Positions 62,957 to 64,000 of a DNA stretch of 64,000 nucleotides are shown here, in pieces (the stretch's first letter is position 1; the number at the start of each line of letters is the position of its first letter). The notes beneath the pieces are model-generated. The model was not told where the DNA came from, ran no database searches, and saw only the letters and a list, made by a program, of their open reading frames with translations. The translations under genes and the position numbers were made by a program. The stretch covers positions 24,862,001 through 24,926,000 of the forward strand of contig JBHGNT010000002.1 of NCBI GenBank assembly GCA_043228905.1, in the 5' to 3' direction. Source of the DNA: Azolla caroliniana (taxonomy: Eukaryota > Plantae > Polypodiophyta).

Positions 62957-63436
62957 TCATACTCTGCATCCCTCTGCAACATTAATCCAGGCAAGCTCTT
63001 CCATATCAAGATCAAAATTCAAATCATTTATTGTTTCTCCATCATCGAACATAACATCTTCTAATGCGTCCACAAGCTCTGCCCCAATGCTTCTAGATAA
63101 GTCTAAATCAAAATGTCTAAACTCTCCTCCAAAACAAAGGTTCTCTTCAAGGAGGAAAGGAGACATTATTGAGTTGAGATCTACAGCCATCGCATCGAGC
63201 TTTGCCCGAGCCCCTCCTACACCATTGTAGGTATGATGAACATCAACACTATACTGTGAAACTGATTGTGATGAGGAACAAGGCGAGGAAGAAGCATCCA
63301 TGTTGCTTAGACAAGAACTCTGGAGAGAAACTGCAAAAACATAATTAAGGTCTATCAGATAAATGCCCAAGAGTTTAGCCAGACATTCCGAACCAAGATC
63401 TAACAAAGACGCACAAAATTTAAAAGCACGCATCAA
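62957..63436 (-). CDS. Hypothetical acidic ORF, possibly transposon-associated
   Basis: 159-codon ORF with non-ATG annotated start (internal ATG at ~63301). Asp/Glu-rich C-terminus. Lies next to a repeated array at the window end. No family recognised. Confidence 0.25.
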   Translation of the reverse strand: MMRAFKFCASLLDLGSECLAKLLGIYLIDLNYVFAVSLQSSCLSNMDASSSPCSSSQSVSQYSVDVHHTYNGVGGARAKLDAMAVDLNSIMSPFLLEENLCFGGEFRHFDLDLSRSIGAELVDALEDVMFDDGETINDLNFDLDMEELAWINVAEGCRV

Positions 63437-63763
63437 GCCAAATTAACAGAGGCGAATGGTGGGCAACACTCAACAGCAGATTCGAAACAAGGTCAATCCA
63501 ATACTAGGTAGCCAAAAGTTTATCCAAACCATTAACATCTGAAGACAAAGATGCCAAAAGATAGTCAGACAAAGCACTCAAGATCTCTTTAGCAGCAAGA
63601 GGACCGAAATATTCAACAAGGCATCGTGGACCAGTCTATAAGACGCAGATGAAAATTGCTCGACCAAACATACTAACCAACAGATATAGTAAAACCAGGC
63701 ATACCAAACCCAGGGATCTCATATTCCCAAAGAAAGGTGAACAGAACACATCGTAATAACAAA

Positions 63764-63980
63764 GACTGTCTAAGGTGCCCATACAAAACAGGGCATATCA
63801 CACTAGGCAAAAAGTCTTCAGGATCCGATCGCACCCAAATCTTCAACAGGACTGTAAGGTGCCCATACAAAACAGGGCATATCACACTTACACTTAAGAT
63901 CAGCATGATATACCCTGTTGAACAAAACAGGGCAAAAAGTCTTCAAGATCCAGCCAGGCCCAAATCTTCAACAGGACATT
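63764..63980. repeat. Degenerate tandem repeats (~83-bp units and sub-units), possibly the subterminal or internal array of an element continuing beyond the window
   Basis: TAAGGTGCCCATACAAAACAGGGCATATCACACT at 63771 and 63855. AAAAGTCTTCA.GATCC and CCAAATCTTCAACAGGAC each occur twice. Confidence 0.75.
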
Positions 63981-64000
63981 TAACAACTAAAGTCTCTCAG

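Overview
Gene-containing, AT-rich nuclear DNA from a land plant. The PLS-class PPR style and an RTEX-like LINE suggest a fern or other non-seed plant, which is an inference. From left to right: (1) a minus-strand Ty1/copia LTR retrotransposon whose gag-pol frame appears open from an ATG at 3701 to the window edge, with PBS and 5' LTR; (2) an intact 9-exon PTST2/FLO6-like starch-initiation gene with a CBM48 domain; (3) a PMT20/21(ERD3)-like methyltransferase pseudogene with five tandem ~361-bp intron+exon copies; (4) a DUF760 (At3g17800-like) gene; (5) an unrecognised His-rich Met-Cys ORF; (6) an hAT-type MITE with an 8-bp TSD; (7) an intronless PLS-E PPR gene followed by PPR relics; (8) a 7-exon organellar NDPK3-like gene; (9) an unidentified minus-strand spliced unit; (10) a second hAT-type MITE beside a (CT)n tract, followed by a degenerate LINE with its 3' end repeated upstream; (11) decayed DNA-transposon relics. 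The most unusual window-wide pattern is the density of local tandem duplications. Their periods (177, 176, 181, 144-147, 144, 130, ~122, 329, 360-362 bp) cluster near mono- and di-nucleosome lengths. All coordinates were read by eye and no database searches were run.
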